This document shows, piece after piece, positions 12,718 to 24,963 of a stretch of 64,000 nucleotides of DNA. The stretch's first letter is position 1; each line of letters opens with the position of its first letter. The notes under the pieces were generated by a model. The model was given only the letters and a program-made list of their open reading frames with translations, was not told the origin of the DNA and did not search any database. Origin of the DNA: Monocercomonoides exilis PA203 (Eukaryota; Protista; Preaxostyla); contig LSRY02000058.1 of assembly GCA_001643675.2 (NCBI GenBank), forward strand, positions 438,438 through 502,437. Direction: 5' to 3'. A program made the translations under genes and the position numbers.

Positions 12718-14067
12718 ATGCTCGTCTTTTCTCTGACTTTGATTTCATTTTTTTCATCAGAGATTATTTGGAAAGAAGAATTTGCTGATGGAGGTTCGAT
12801 GGAGCTAATTTTTCTTGTTTTCATATTATTTTTTATCGTCATTTCTTAATTGGATGATCATTTGATGGACTTATTCTTATTTCGAAAAATTTTTGTTTTT
12901 AAATATAACTTACTTAAAAAAATAATCTAAATAGATAAATGGAAGGATCGTTGGGTTCTTGCAGTTAATAAGACAAAACATTATAAAGGAGAATGGGCAA
13001 TTGAAGCACCAAAAAAATGCCAAAATCGCGAAAGATCCAAAGGAATGAAAACAATAACTGATGATGGATATTATCAAATTTCTGCTGATATTGGAAGAAC
13101 AATTTCAACTTACAACAAAACATTTATATTTTCGTACATGGTTAAAAACGAGCAAGATATTCAGGTCGGTGGTTCTTATGTGAAAATACTACCAGAAGGC
13201 ATTAACCAAACCGATTTTGATGGAACAACTCCATATTACATTATGTTTGGTCAAGATCAGGATAAAGGACATTCTGATCGTGTTCAATTAATTCTTAAAA
13301 AACATGGAAACGAATATCAACACACAACACCACTTCGCTTGGAAAAAGATACACGTACTCATATGTTTACTATTATCATGTTCCCTGATCTTTCCTATGA
13401 AATACGAATCGATAACAAAGTCCAAAGAAGTGGGAAAATGTATGTTGATTTCCCTGGAGCTTTTGATGGTCCGACACTTCCTGATCCAGATGCAAAAAAA
13501 CCAAAGGATTGGGTTGAGCTGCCTGAGATTCCCGACCCGAAAGCAAAGAAGCCAGACGACTGGGAGGAGGAGATGACGATTGTCGACCACAAGGCGAAGA
13601 AGCCTATCTGGTGGAAAGAGAAGCTCCACGGAGAGTGGAGTGCCCCACGAATTCCCAATCCGCGCTACAGAGGCGTCTGGATGCCGCCGTTGGTGAAGAA
13701 CCCAGAATATAAAGGAGAATGGAAGGCTCCACGCATTCCGAATCCAGACTGGGAGAAGGCCAGGAGGAATGCTGCATTCAAGAAGATAAGATATGTGGGG
13801 ATTGAAATCTATCAGCCGAAAAGCGGGTCTATTTTCGACAACTTCTTCATTGGAGACGATTTGAAAGAGTATCGCACGTTTGTGAAGCAGAACTGGGAGC
13901 CCACAAAGAGATATGAAGATGTGTATGATCCATACGAGAAGCCAGAGACTTTCTCAATGAGTGGAAAGGATCTCTTCAAGAACCAAAAGAAAGATGAAGA
14001 CGATGACGATGACGATGACGATGATGATGACGACGATGATGACGATGATGACGTCAGAGAATTGTAA
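12718..14067 (+). CDS. CALR: Calreticulin (2 exons: 12718-12793, 12935-14067)
   Basis: Splicing the GT..AG intron 12794-12934 gives the signal peptide MLVFSLTLISFFSS followed by EIIWKEEFADG/DKWKDRWV. Also GGSYVK, YYIMFG, P-domain repeats (PDPDAKKPKDW, GEWKAPRIPNP), KSGSIFDNF, an acidic tail and C-terminal VREL (KDEL-like). Confidence 0.93.
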
Positions 14068-14383
14068 ATTTTTATAATTATTATTGATCATGAAAATTGT
14101 TGTTTAACTTGTCGCATTTATTAATACTGCATTTTTTTAATTTGATGTTTGTATTAATCATCTCAACTTGCGTACTTCTGATTTGTAAAATATGTTATTT
14201 TTAGAAATTATGGTTTTTGAAAAAATCCGCGTTTGCCCTAGATCAATAAAATTTCATTGTGAAGTTTGTGAAGCTTTAAATACAATTTGTTGGATGATAA
14301 CATGATTTCATAAATTAAATATTTTATTTTACATTTTTGATTTTATCATTTTTTAATTTCACAAACAAAATTTTCAACAGACA

Positions 14384-14877
14384 ATGGCAAAGTCAAAAAA
14401 TCACACAAATCACAACCAGAATCATAAAGCACACAGAAATGGAATTAAGAAGCCACAACAGAAAGGCCAATTCTCACGTCGCTATGTTTGTACACTTCTT
14501 TTATTGAGAGTGCACTTATTTTTTTGGAATTTCTCAAATTTGTTGTTTAATAGATGGATCAAAAATATTTGAGAAATCTTCACTTTGTTCGCAAGCACAA
14601 CAGGAAGAATTTGGCCAAATTTGTTGCTCAAAGAAAGCGTGACCTTCTGGCAAAGAAGAAGGGAAAACTTAATGAAACAAAAACCGACAAAACTTCAAAA
14701 GCCTCAGAGAAAAAAGTTGTCGCTGTTCAAAAACAAGAAAAACCACAAGAAGCAGAGAAAAAGCAACAAGTGAAATCTGTTGCAGAGAAGAAGATTGAGA
14801 AAAAAGCAGCACCAGCCAACGAAAAGCCAAAGAAAGCTGCAGCTCCAAAACAAGATAAGAAAGCAGGAAAGAATTAA
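14384..14877 (+). CDS. RPL29: 60S ribosomal protein L29 (eL29) with a Lys/Ala-rich C-terminal extension; intron 14486-14553
   Basis: MAKSKNHTNHNQNHKAHRNGIKKP is the eL29 signature; a phase-0 GT..AG intron joins it to MDQKYLRNLHFVRKHN. Confidence 0.95.
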
Positions 14878-15079
14878 ATTATTTCACACATTTCAAGAAG
14901 CTGAAGCTATTCATTCATGATCTTGACTTTGTCTTCAACAAAAGCATTTTTTAATACATTTTAATTTTTTTTCCTAAAAAATTGAAAAAAAATTATTAGC
15001 AAATATATAAATAGATTGATGCAATTAGAAGTGTTCAACAAGTTTTTTGAAAGGTCAATTAAGGTTTCGTGTGATCGAA

Positions 15080-16751
15080 ATGTCATTTGTCAGAAAAAGC
15101 AAATTCCGTCATGTGTTTGGAGAGCTCGCCAAGCGTGAGTTTATGTATGAGGGCATAAAAGGAACAGGAACTACTCTCGACACTAACATGATAAAGGTGA
15201 ACAACAAGTACATCTCTTACATTTGGGAAGGTTCTGGAGGAGGTGCGATTTGCGTCTTTCCTTCAACACAAGTTGGACGTCACCCAACGTCAATGCCCCT
15301 CATTCGAGGTCACACACGCCCTGTTACAGATATGGATTTTTGCCCACATGATCCAGTCTGCACTTTTTATTTCCACATTATTCATAAATTACTGAAATTA
15401 ATCATCTTTGTTTTTTTCACTTTGCTATTTTTTCCATCCAATATTTTAGGATACAATTGCAACAACATGCGAAGATTGCACAGTTCGTGTTTGGAAGATT
15501 CCAGAGAGCGGAATGCCAGCTGATGGAATTGAAGAGCCAGTTGCAGCTTTTACTGGACACGGAAGAAAATCCACTGAAGTTATTTGGAATCCATGTGCCT
15601 CAGGGATTCTTGCATCTGCGGGTGCTGATGCAACCATTAAAGTGTGGGATTTGAATTCAAAGGAAAGAGTCTTTTCAATTGATGGTCAACACGGAGATGC
15701 AATCCAATCCTTCCAATGGAACCAAGCAGGAAACATGATTGGAACCCAATGCAGAGACAAAAAAATACGTTTGTTTGATGTAAGATCCAATCAAAAAGTG
15801 CTTGAAATTCAATCACATGCTGGAGTGAAAACAGCTCGTTTCCTCTTCAACAACAAGAGAAACTGGCTCATGTCAACAGGATTTGGGCAAGGAAGCAATC
15901 GTCAAGTTCTCATATGGGATGAACGAAATACAACCAAGCCAATCGTGTCCAACGTGATTGATCAAGCATCTGGTATCATGATGCCATTCTTTGATGAAGC
16001 CACACAGATTTTGTTCATCGGGTCGAAAGGTGAGGCAAACATAAGATACTATGAACTCACTGAAGATCCTCCACACTTCTTCTACATCACCACCTTCCCA
16101 GAGGGCACACCAACACGTGGCCTCACAGCTCTTCCCAAGCAGTATGTGCATTCCGAACACTGCGAAATCATGAAGTTCTTCCGTATTACTGCAAAAGATT
16201 CTATTGAACCCATCTCGTTTGTTGTTCCACGTCGATCAGAAATGTTCCAGGCAGACATCTACCCGCCAGTAGTGGACACGACTACACCTTCAATGACAGG
16301 CGAAGAGTGGATCAAAGGGGAGAACAAACCGCCGAGATATTACGTCTTCACAGCCGACGGGAAAGGCGAGCACTGCAGCGCAGATGAGGTTCCTGCAAGC
16401 GCCACGCCTTCTCCTTCTCCTGTGCAGTCGCCACAACCGGCTGGGTTTGTACCCGCTTCTTCGTCTTCAACACCTTCCATTCCCGACGGGCATGTGCCAA
16501 AGACACAGCTGGACGCTGCAAACGCGAAAATTGCAGAGTTAGAAAAGCAGCTGGCTGAAATCAAAGCAAAGGCAGAAGGAGGAAATGGATCTGCGAAAAT
16601 TGAACAGCTTGAGAAAGCGTTGAAAGAAAAAGACGAACACATTGCAGACACCAAAGCGAAAATTGAAGAGTTGCAAAAGGACATTGTCACAAAAGATGAA
16701 GCTATCGCAGAATTGAAGAAGCAACTTGAAGAAAAGAAAGCAGAACTGTAA
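15080..16751 (+). CDS. CORO: Coronin (WD40 actin-binding protein); intron 15356-15449
   Basis: N-terminal MSFVRKSKFRHVFG, WD repeats, KGEANIRYYE, EPISFVVPRRSEMFQADIYP and a C-terminal coiled coil; the in-frame intron was checked. Confidence 0.95.
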
Positions 16752-16948
16752 GGAACATTTCACAATCAGAACGTAAACGTTTTTGAATTTCTTTGTGGCT
16801 ATGATTTTTATTGTTTATGTCAAAGCTTTTGTCTTTAATTTTTTTTTGAAGAGTGTTATTGCTCAAATAATGTTAATAGCAAATTTAGAATTGGACCAAC
16901 AAAACTTTTACGATCAAGTAACCATTTTGAAAATTGATTTTTTGAGAA

Positions 16949-18277
16949 ATGTCTTGGTTTGGATCTCCCAACAAAACTTCACTTAAAGAACAAGTCTGCA
17001 ATATCATTGGGTGCCCGTGTGCAATTCTCTTTTTTTAGTGAATATTTAATAATTGTATTCTTCATCTTTAGTCAAGAAATCGCAGAACGACTTCTTCAAC
17101 GAACTGCTTGGAAAGTTGAAGGTTTTCACAAATTTCTACCAAGTTTATTTTAAAACCCCTCTTATTTTAAAGCTGCTGTTAATGAGTATTACGAAAACCA
17201 GCATCTATATCCATTGCCAGCACCAAAACCATCTCCAGTTCCTCGTACCGATCCAGCCAAAATTGAAGAATATTTTAAAAAATACAAAGGTTAAAATAAA
17301 ATAGAATTACAATTTATTTTTAACAATAAAGAAATATTTATTGTTAAAATTTGAATTTTAGATTCGGTTGCAAATGCAATTCAAGAAGATGGATTTGTTG
17401 ACTTTTTGACAGATATAGGTGTTGATCCATTAGAAATTGACAGCTTGATTGTGTCCTACAAGCTTGGATGCAAGCTTCTTGGGCAAATTTCTCATGATGA
17501 TTTTGTGAAAGGATGTCAGGGAGTTGGGTTTGAAAATAATAACTATTCTCAAAAATCTATTTTTTGAATTGGTCATTTCTCCTGGTTTTAGAGTTCAGGA
17601 CGTAGCTTCATTTAAAAGAGAATTACCTCGCTTGAGACAGTCAATAACAGATGCAGAAGAAGTATGCTCTTGTTTTTAAAGATTAAAATTGTAATATTCA
17701 TTGAATACAGTTTCAAAAATTTTATAGATACGTATTCCTTCTTTATCTAGGAGAAGGAACGTCAAAACAGCTTCGTATGCAATTTAAAATTCTTTCTTTC
17801 CTTTTTTTTAAATATTTTCTTGACAAATAAAAATTTCTATTATGATTATTTTTGATGGAAAATAGCTTGCGCTGATTGCATTGATGTTTGGAAAATTGTA
17901 CTGAAAGGGAAGTTTGCTTTGTTGGATGAATGGTGCGAGTTTTTAGAGGTTTGAACACTTTCATTAAAAAATAACTATTCACAAAATGAATAATCCACTC
18001 AAAAAAATCTATAAATCAAATAATTTAATGCTATCTTTCTATTTTTGATTTTTCACTTTTTGTTAAATTTTATTTTTTGACGATTCAACTATGAACAATA
18101 CAGAAAAAGAAGCCGAACACGATTTCACTGGACACGTGGACTCTTCTTCTCGACTTTTCTAAGGAAGTCCATCCCGACTTGTCAAACTTTGAGGAAGAAA
18201 GCGCCTGGCCAGTTCTGATTGAAGACTTTGTGAACTGGAAGAAGGGAGGCAAAAAGGATTTCCCAAAGAAAAGATAA
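16949..18277 (+). CDS. DCN1: DCN1-like protein (UBA-like + PONY/cullin-neddylation domain), multi-exon and missed by the ORF track
   Basis: Exon pieces read QEIAERLLQRTAWKVE/AAVNEYY (UBA-like), KIEEYFKKYK, IQEDGFVDFLTDIGVDP, and a last exon ISLDTWTLLLDFSKEVHPDLSNFEEESAWPVLIEDFVNW (typical DCN1 C-terminus). About 7 short GT-AG introns; the start codon is inferred. Confidence 0.85.
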
Positions 18278-18818
18278 ACAACGTTGCTTCACTTCACGTC
18301 TGACTCCTGTGCATAATTTTTGAGGGGTCATTTTGAGATCTTTTTTTTCGTGTTGGTTGGCCTACCTTTTGCATTTTATCTTCCATATTTATTTCAAAAG
18401 CTAAAAAAATAAAGTTAAGCTTCTTTCTGTTTACTCATTCAAATGGGCTCAAACATTCATTTTTTATAAAGTGTGCAATATGTGTTCTGTACGATGCATC
18501 AAGTTTGCATCACTTATTTCAACCATGCACCGAATTCGATATGAACAATTCCCAAGCTTAACATCATTCTTATGAAATGGCTTAATTGCATAAACGATTA
18601 TTATTTTTCAGAAAACAACAATTTGGAAAAGAACTAAAATTAAACAAAACAAAAAAAAAAAAAAAAATGAGAAAAAAACACAATAGACATTCAAGAGTAT
18701 AAAATCAAATTTGGATTCTAACTGACAAGAATTAGAACAAAAGTGTTGGAGAGTTGAGAAGAATCTGAAAGACGATGTGTTTGAATAAGGAGAAGAAGAC
18801 AGATTGAAATTAGAGAAG

Positions 18819-20092
18819 CTAAAGAGGTGAACGCCTTCGAGCCATTTCTGGATAAACAGGAGTCGTAAGAGAAGAATCTGCTGTTCTTCCTCTCGTTCTA
18901 TTTAGAAGCAAAATTAAAAAAAAGTTTGAGATTAATCAGAACAATTCAAAAATAGATAGATAGAAAAGAGATATTAAACATTTACATTTAGAAACATGAT
19001 GCCATAACAAATAAAAACCTGTTCAGCTCAAAAGAAGTCCTTTGTGAATTCCACTGTTGACTTGATGACATGATTGCTTCTTTGTATTTGATGCGATCTT
19101 CTTTAATCAAAGAAAACTAATCAGGAATTAAATGAAAATATCGATTTTGCGCAACATGCAGACAAATTTGAATTTTCAACAAATTGACAAAAAAAAAAAA
19201 AAAAGCATACAACACGAGAAGAGCCACCATCGTTCATTTCCTTGTTGTATTCATACGTCAAAACAGGAAGAAGAGATGATTCACGAGACGGAGTTCTGCA
19301 TGCAGATACTGCTCTTCCTCTTCTTGAAGGTGTTTCTGGATGTTGAGCTAATTTTTAATATAATGTATTCAAAAAATTTTGAAAATAAAAAGATATAGAT
19401 ATTATAATTCATTCGCAAAACAAGCAAAATCACATGTAACAAACGAGGTGGTATGTATCTGATGCCAGAATGTTTTTGTGGGCTCGTTTGCCGTGGAGAA
19501 AATATGCTTGAAGAAAGAGAAGTTCTTCCCCATTCTGTGCAGTGCCGTTTTCCAGAGCTGAATTTAAAAATAAACCTTTTAATAAATTGGATAAAAACAA
19601 TGCACGCCAATATTGAGGCTCTTTTACACAAGGTGCAGGACTTTGAGCTCGTACTCTTCGATAAGGTGAATGTTCAAGAGGAATGCAAGACGTTGACAAA
19701 TGAGAAGCAGTTTGAGGCCTAACCCTTGTGGGAGTTAAAGCTGGCGTTTTTTCTTGTGTGGTTCTTGTTGAAATGTGAGGTGAATTTGCTTTGAAGGGTG
19801 AAGATGTCAATATTTGTGCTGGCCTTTGAGGCGTGGCTATCGGCATTTGCTGTTCCTGCCCAACTTTTAACGAAGGAGAATCACTTTTAACATCGATTGC
19901 AGGAGGTTCTTTCATTTTTATATCTTTTGGTGCTGCAGTTATTTCATTCTCTTTATTTTGAATTGGTTTTGAGGATTTATACAAAGGAAACGGAGAAGAA
20001 AATCCACCAACGGTTTGAGAAATCGTTGCTTGAGTTCCATATTTTCCTAGTTTTGCTCGAAGATCGAAACCAGGGTGGAGTATTCTGGCCAT
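18819..20092 (-). CDS. Ser/Pro/Arg-rich multi-exon coding region, either the 3' exons of the CKAP5-like gene or a separate hypothetical gene
   Basis: A 220-aa ORF plus further exon-like open frames separated by AT-rich intron-like gaps. A GT..AG intron at about 20101-20215 would join it in frame to the upstream ORF (FR|RSMARIL). The 3' end is uncertain. Confidence 0.45.
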
Positions 20093-20211
20093 TGATCTTC
20101 TTTAAAATTTAATCGAAAATAAATAAATATGGTTCTAAAAATTTTAAAAAAACTCAAAATCCAAAAACAATTTCTAGTTTGTAATAAAAATACACTTAAA
20201 AAAAATAACGT

Positions 20212-23200
20212 TCACCTAAATGCAGCTGGCAAAGTTGAAGAAAGTTGCAGAATATCTGGAAGAGAAAAGAATGATGGATCAGCAACACTACTAACACCTT
20301 CTGTTTGAATCATCTGAGTTTTAGTTGTAATCATTGCATTACTCGAAGCAAGCGCATCTCCCCATCCGCATATATCACGTGCTGCTTGGTCAGCATGACT
20401 CAATGCATCAGTTCCGTGCTGGATGTGGATGATTGACCGAATAATCGACAGTGTGAAAGGGGGATTAACAGGCGAGCGCCGAAGTGCAAGGAGAACAGAG
20501 AGTCCTCGATCAGGTGAGAGGTGGATGAGGGCGCAGAGGATCGTCTTCATCAGGCGGATGCGGAAGATGGAGCGCGCATCCAGGGCGTACTGGGAGGCAG
20601 GGCCTGCTGCTGAAGATGCTTGGAATTGCGTGGCGGAGAAGGAGATGGCCTGCTGAGAGGCCGACAGAAAGAGGTCGATGTCAGGCACAAGCTCGTTCAG
20701 ACAGATGCGCGAGGCAGACGAGGTCAGCGCCTGTGTGAAGTGGAAGAGGAGCTTCGTCACCACCCGGCTCTTTCTGTTGATGAACGAGTCGTTCTCCCAC
20801 AGCACTTCCGGAATCGCCCCTGCTGCCGGAGAAAGAGGCAGAACTGTGCCAGGCAGGTTATCCTTTCCCAGCAGCCTGATCAGAATGCGCATCACATCCG
20901 TCCGGTCCGCCCGCTCTAAGATGTCGTTTCCTCTGCTCTCCACTTTCTGGCTCAGAACTGCAAACGGCTCGCCCATTTTCGGAAGGGCAGGCTCCAGTCG
21001 GGCGATGATGAGAGTCTCAACGAGCTGCTGCAGAATGTCAAAGGGGATTTCGTTGACGGTGATGTCGGAGGTGAACAAGAAGGACAAGAAGTCGAGCGAG
21101 TTGTGGATGAGAAGCAGAAGATGCTGCGCCATCTGCGGGTTGGCTGGGAAAGACTGCAGCGAAGAAAACATTTTCGTGAAAAGTGTCTGAAAATGCTTGG
21201 TGAACAGAGAGACAAAAAAGGGGAGGACGCTTTTCAGAGGCTCGAGTGTTTCGGCGTTGGGGTATTGCACAGCAAACATCGAGTAGAACTTCTGGGCGTT
21301 TGAGGGGTCCGTGATCAGTGCATTGATTGAGTCTTCAGCTGACAGGAGAGAAGAAGAAGGAGTGGAAGAAGAAGAAGAGGAGGAGGAGGATGAGGAAAAG
21401 GAGGAAGAAGAAGAACTGCCAAACACTGTCTGGGCAATGGAGAGCCACTGATCAGCTGAAAAGCAGACAGCAGGTTGAAGTGAAGAAGAAGGAAACGAAG
21501 CAGATGAAGTGATGGTGAATGTGGATGAAGGGAGAGCAAAAGGCGGCTGGAGTGGTGTCTGAACCTTTGGCTGATTTGGCTGAATTTGCTGAAGTGTTGA
21601 TGGCTGAAATGCGAATTGTGAAGTGGATGGCTGAGAAGGTGTGGTGGATGAAGTGCTGGAGGCATCGGCCATCGAAGAAGAGAGTTGCGAGGTGGAGTGA
21701 AGTGATGAAACGTTTGCTGGTGAAATGGATGAGGGCAAAGAAGATAAAGAAGAAGAAGAAGGAAAAGAGGAAGAGGAAGAAGACATCATGTTTTGCATCG
21801 TTTCTGACATGCGTTGTGGTGATTGCTGCATTCCTTCAATGTCCATTGACTGCCTCTCATTTTCCCTGCGCATTCTTTCGCTGCGTCTCTCCTCCTCTTT
21901 CTCTCTCTCCAGCCCCATCATAAACCCGATCAGTGGCTGTGCCGACTGCGCTGCCAGCTTCGCAAACTGGAGTGCGCTTATCACTTCGTCCATCTCTCTC
22001 TGCGGAAGCTGGTTCGCCTCCAACACAACTGCATCGACGCCTGCCGCTCTGATGACCTCGATGAACAGCAGCTTCATCATGTGCTTCACGTAGCTGCTGC
22101 TGGCGCTGTACTTCCACACAAGTGGGCGGATGCACTGCGAGATTCCGTCTTTGAACAAGTCCTTTTCGGATTGCTGTGCCGTCGGCTGTGTCTGCTGCGC
22201 CCACTGCGCGACCTGCGGAAGCAGCCACTCCAACACCGCTCGGCGCTGTTTGTGCGAATCCACTCCCAAAAGTGTCGAGGCAGGAGGCAAAAGTTGAGTG
22301 ATCCCCACACCTGCAGCAAACGCATCCAGTGCAGATGAAGCAGCTGAGCTTAAAGTCTCAATGGAGTTTGGATGGGACAGCAGTAAAGATGGAAGCTGTG
22401 TTTCAAACTGGTACTCCTGTGAAGGAAGTGCAGGCAATGGAAGGGGCAGAGGCGGAGGAAGCAGCCGCTGCTGGCTGGGCGGGAGAAGACAGAGCTGCTG
22501 CTGGTAGACTTCAACCTGCTGCTGATACAGCGCCTTCTGCTGCTGCTCGAGCACATGGCGCTGTCTCTCTTTCTCAATCAGCTCTGCTTTGTGTGACTGG
22601 AGCTGCCTTTGCATTGCACCTTCATCATCTGCACCGAGAAAGGAGAATATGTGCACAGACAAGATTGTGGCATATGTGCTGGCTTTGTCCTTCATGCAGC
22701 GGATGAGCAGTTCAGAGAGTCTTATGCACGCAATGGCTATCGTCCTGTTTGGGTGCGCAAACAGCTCGCTCAAACACTTTACAAGATCTGCCAGCATTTC
22801 AGCTGTGATGCTCTGCGAATTTGACGTGACAGCACTTGCAACCTGTTCGACTGATGTGTATTCTTCAGCTGTGAGATATCCAAAATACGAAGAAGAAGAA
22901 GAAGAAGGCTGATGTGATGACATTGCTGTGTCTGATGTCAGCCCATTCGATGTGGCTGCAGCAAGTGATGCTCTGAGCTGTGAAATGGGTCCGCTCAGCG
23001 GATTTTGCATGTCGTGCTGTGGAGGGGCATACTGCTGTTTCGGTGCTTGTTCGGGTGACTTGTCCATTGCCTGGCTTGGTGAAGAGTGTTTGCTCTCGTT
23101 TGGAGAAACAGTCATTTTATTTGCTTGTTCTTGTCGATTCGGTGCGGATGGTGAATCAAGGCTATGAAGGGGTAACGAATCTATTTCATTGTCCATTCTC

Positions 23201-24729
23201 ATGTTTGTGCTGACAGAAGAAGAAGAAGATGATGATGGCGATGGTGATGATGAAGTATACATATAGGAAGAGGAAGAGGCAGACGCCGAAGCAGAAGCAG
23301 AAGCAGCATAAGAAGAGGAAGACGCAGAAGCAGATGCAGAAGCAGATGAAGAAGAAGACAGATTCGAAGGAGACGCTTTCATTTTGTGTTCAATGATCAA
23401 ATCAGAACTAGTTCTCGATGAAATCATTGGAGAGCAAAGAGAAGATGATTGGTTGAACACTTTGCTGCTTTGCTGAGGGGATCTTGGCGGAAATGAAGAA
23501 GGCTCGTTGAAAGGCGATGCAACTGGAGAACTGCTTTGCATTGATTTACCAGATCTGGCAGCTTGAATGGGCTCTGAAACGTGAGAGAGTTCGTTTTCTC
23601 CGTCTGGAATTTCTGTTTGAAATGAATGAGAAGCATCACCAATACGCGAAGAAAGAGGAAATAGCTCTGGCTCTTGGAGAGGAAGGCCCGAAGTGTCATC
23701 AGCCTTTTTCTGGATGCTTGAGCGATGGTCGTCAGTCACCTTCTGATCTTCATTGAGAACATCAGCATATTCAGAGCCATAGCTTCGAAGAAGCAGCCCA
23801 GAACAAGAAAATGCCAAGTTTTTGACAGTTGCTTGGCGATCAGAGAAAAAGGGCACAAGAAAATTGTGTGTGATTGAAAGGTTAACATATTCACAGCCAA
23901 ACCGCTGGATGACATCTTTCAGAAGCCATCCCAAAGCGGACGTTGTTGCTTTTTGATTTTTTGTTGTTTGAATCATCTCAAATACTTTTGGGCAAACTAC
24001 AATTGGGGAATACAAGAGGCAACAATTCGTTAAAAACTGCTTTGCTGGAAGCTCTGTTGCAGTTGCTCCAATTTTGTCTATCGCCATTGGTAAAACTGCA
24101 CCAATTGCTTCAAGCGTGATAACACGTATAACTTGTAAGCTTGTAACAGATTTTTCAACAGATGCCTCGCACAGAAGAGCTGAACAATTCAAGAATTCTG
24201 CCGCAACACGAACGTGTTTAGACTTATGTACGTCCATGTGAATGCAAATTCTGAATAAAGAATCAACAACTTCTTGGTGGGATGTTCTTGACATCGCATC
24301 AGTGACCGCTGAATCTTTGATATAACTTGTAACTGCCCCAAATAAAGCCGTGATTGCTCCCAACTTTTCTTTCCAATCTGTAGATTTTAATAATGCAACA
24401 AGCTCCGTAATTCTGTGAGGTGAAGCACTCGGAGACTTCTCATCACCCTCAGCTTCAATACATAAAGCTTCTTCAGTTTTTACTGATTTTTCTATCAAGC
24501 ATGTAATTGAAGGACCTATTGCATTAATCAGTTTTGTTGGCGCCTCAGTGAAATCTATTTTGTGTTCTAACGCATCTGGCCCAGGAATTTCTTCCAAAAG
24601 TTCAGAAGCAGATATGTCTTCATAATCCGAATCGCTAAAGGAAGCTGGCTGCATTTCTTGAATATATGAAAAATCTAAAGTTAGCCCACCTGGTTTTTGA
24701 GTTTGTGGGGTGCTTAGAAAAGTCGACAT
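20212..24729 (-). CDS. TOG/HEAT-repeat microtubule-associated protein, XMAP215/CKAP5/MOR1-like
   Basis: TOG-like start LKSTDWKEKLGAI and TTKNQKATTSALGWL..VIQRFG. C-terminal ILERADRTDVMRILIRLL ... VVTKLLFHFT ... LNELVPDIDLFL resembles the CKAP5/MOR1 C-terminal domain. Long Ser/Gln-rich linkers. First ATG at 24729. Confidence 0.6.
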   Translation of the reverse strand: MSTFLSTPQTQKPGGLTLDFSYIQEMQPASFSDSDYEDISASELLEEIPGPDALEHKIDFTEAPTKLINAIGPSITCLIEKSVKTEEALCIEAEGDEKSPSASPHRITELVALLKSTDWKEKLGAITALFGAVTSYIKDSAVTDAMSRTSHQEVVDSLFRICIHMDVHKSKHVRVAAEFLNCSALLCEASVEKSVTSLQVIRVITLEAIGAVLPMAIDKIGATATELPAKQFLTNCCLLYSPIVVCPKVFEMIQTTKNQKATTSALGWLLKDVIQRFGCEYVNLSITHNFLVPFFSDRQATVKNLAFSCSGLLLRSYGSEYADVLNEDQKVTDDHRSSIQKKADDTSGLPLQEPELFPLSSRIGDASHSFQTEIPDGENELSHVSEPIQAARSGKSMQSSSPVASPFNEPSSFPPRSPQQSSKVFNQSSSLCSPMISSRTSSDLIIEHKMKASPSNLSSSSSASASASASSSSYAASASASASASSSSYMYTSSSPSPSSSSSSSVSTNMRMDNEIDSLPLHSLDSPSAPNRQEQANKMTVSPNESKHSSPSQAMDKSPEQAPKQQYAPPQHDMQNPLSGPISQLRASLAAATSNGLTSDTAMSSHQPSSSSSSYFGYLTAEEYTSVEQVASAVTSNSQSITAEMLADLVKCLSELFAHPNRTIAIACIRLSELLIRCMKDKASTYATILSVHIFSFLGADDEGAMQRQLQSHKAELIEKERQRHVLEQQQKALYQQQVEVYQQQLCLLPPSQQRLLPPPLPLPLPALPSQEYQFETQLPSLLLSHPNSIETLSSAASSALDAFAAGVGITQLLPPASTLLGVDSHKQRRAVLEWLLPQVAQWAQQTQPTAQQSEKDLFKDGISQCIRPLVWKYSASSSYVKHMMKLLFIEVIRAAGVDAVVLEANQLPQREMDEVISALQFAKLAAQSAQPLIGFMMGLEREKEEERRSERMRRENERQSMDIEGMQQSPQRMSETMQNMMSSSSSSFPSSSSLSSLPSSISPANVSSLHSTSQLSSSMADASSTSSTTPSQPSTSQFAFQPSTLQQIQPNQPKVQTPLQPPFALPSSTFTITSSASFPSSSLQPAVCFSADQWLSIAQTVFGSSSSSSFSSSSSSSSSSSTPSSSLLSAEDSINALITDPSNAQKFYSMFAVQYPNAETLEPLKSVLPFFVSLFTKHFQTLFTKMFSSLQSFPANPQMAQHLLLLIHNSLDFLSFLFTSDITVNEIPFDILQQLVETLIIARLEPALPKMGEPFAVLSQKVESRGNDILERADRTDVMRILIRLLGKDNLPGTVLPLSPAAGAIPEVLWENDSFINRKSRVVTKLLFHFTQALTSSASRICLNELVPDIDLFLSASQQAISFSATQFQASSAAGPASQYALDARSIFRIRLMKTILCALIHLSPDRGLSVLLALRRSPVNPPFTLSIIRSIIHIQHGTDALSHADQAARDICGWGDALASSNAMITTKTQMIQTEGVSSVADPSFFSLPDILQLSSTLPAAFR

Positions 24730-24963
24730 AACGAAAAGAAATTTTAAAAGGTGATCTGTGATCAAATGTTCCTGTATTAGTTTTTTATATAATTGTATGT
24801 GTTAAATAAGTTAACTGGGGAGAAATAAAAATTGTTGAGATATAACTTTTTATTTTTATGGAAGTAGCTAGATAATTTAGCTTCATTTGAATTTCGTTTT
24901 ATGAGCATGATTATTATTTATTGAGATTTTCATTAATTCTGTATTTATTTATTATCAAAGATC

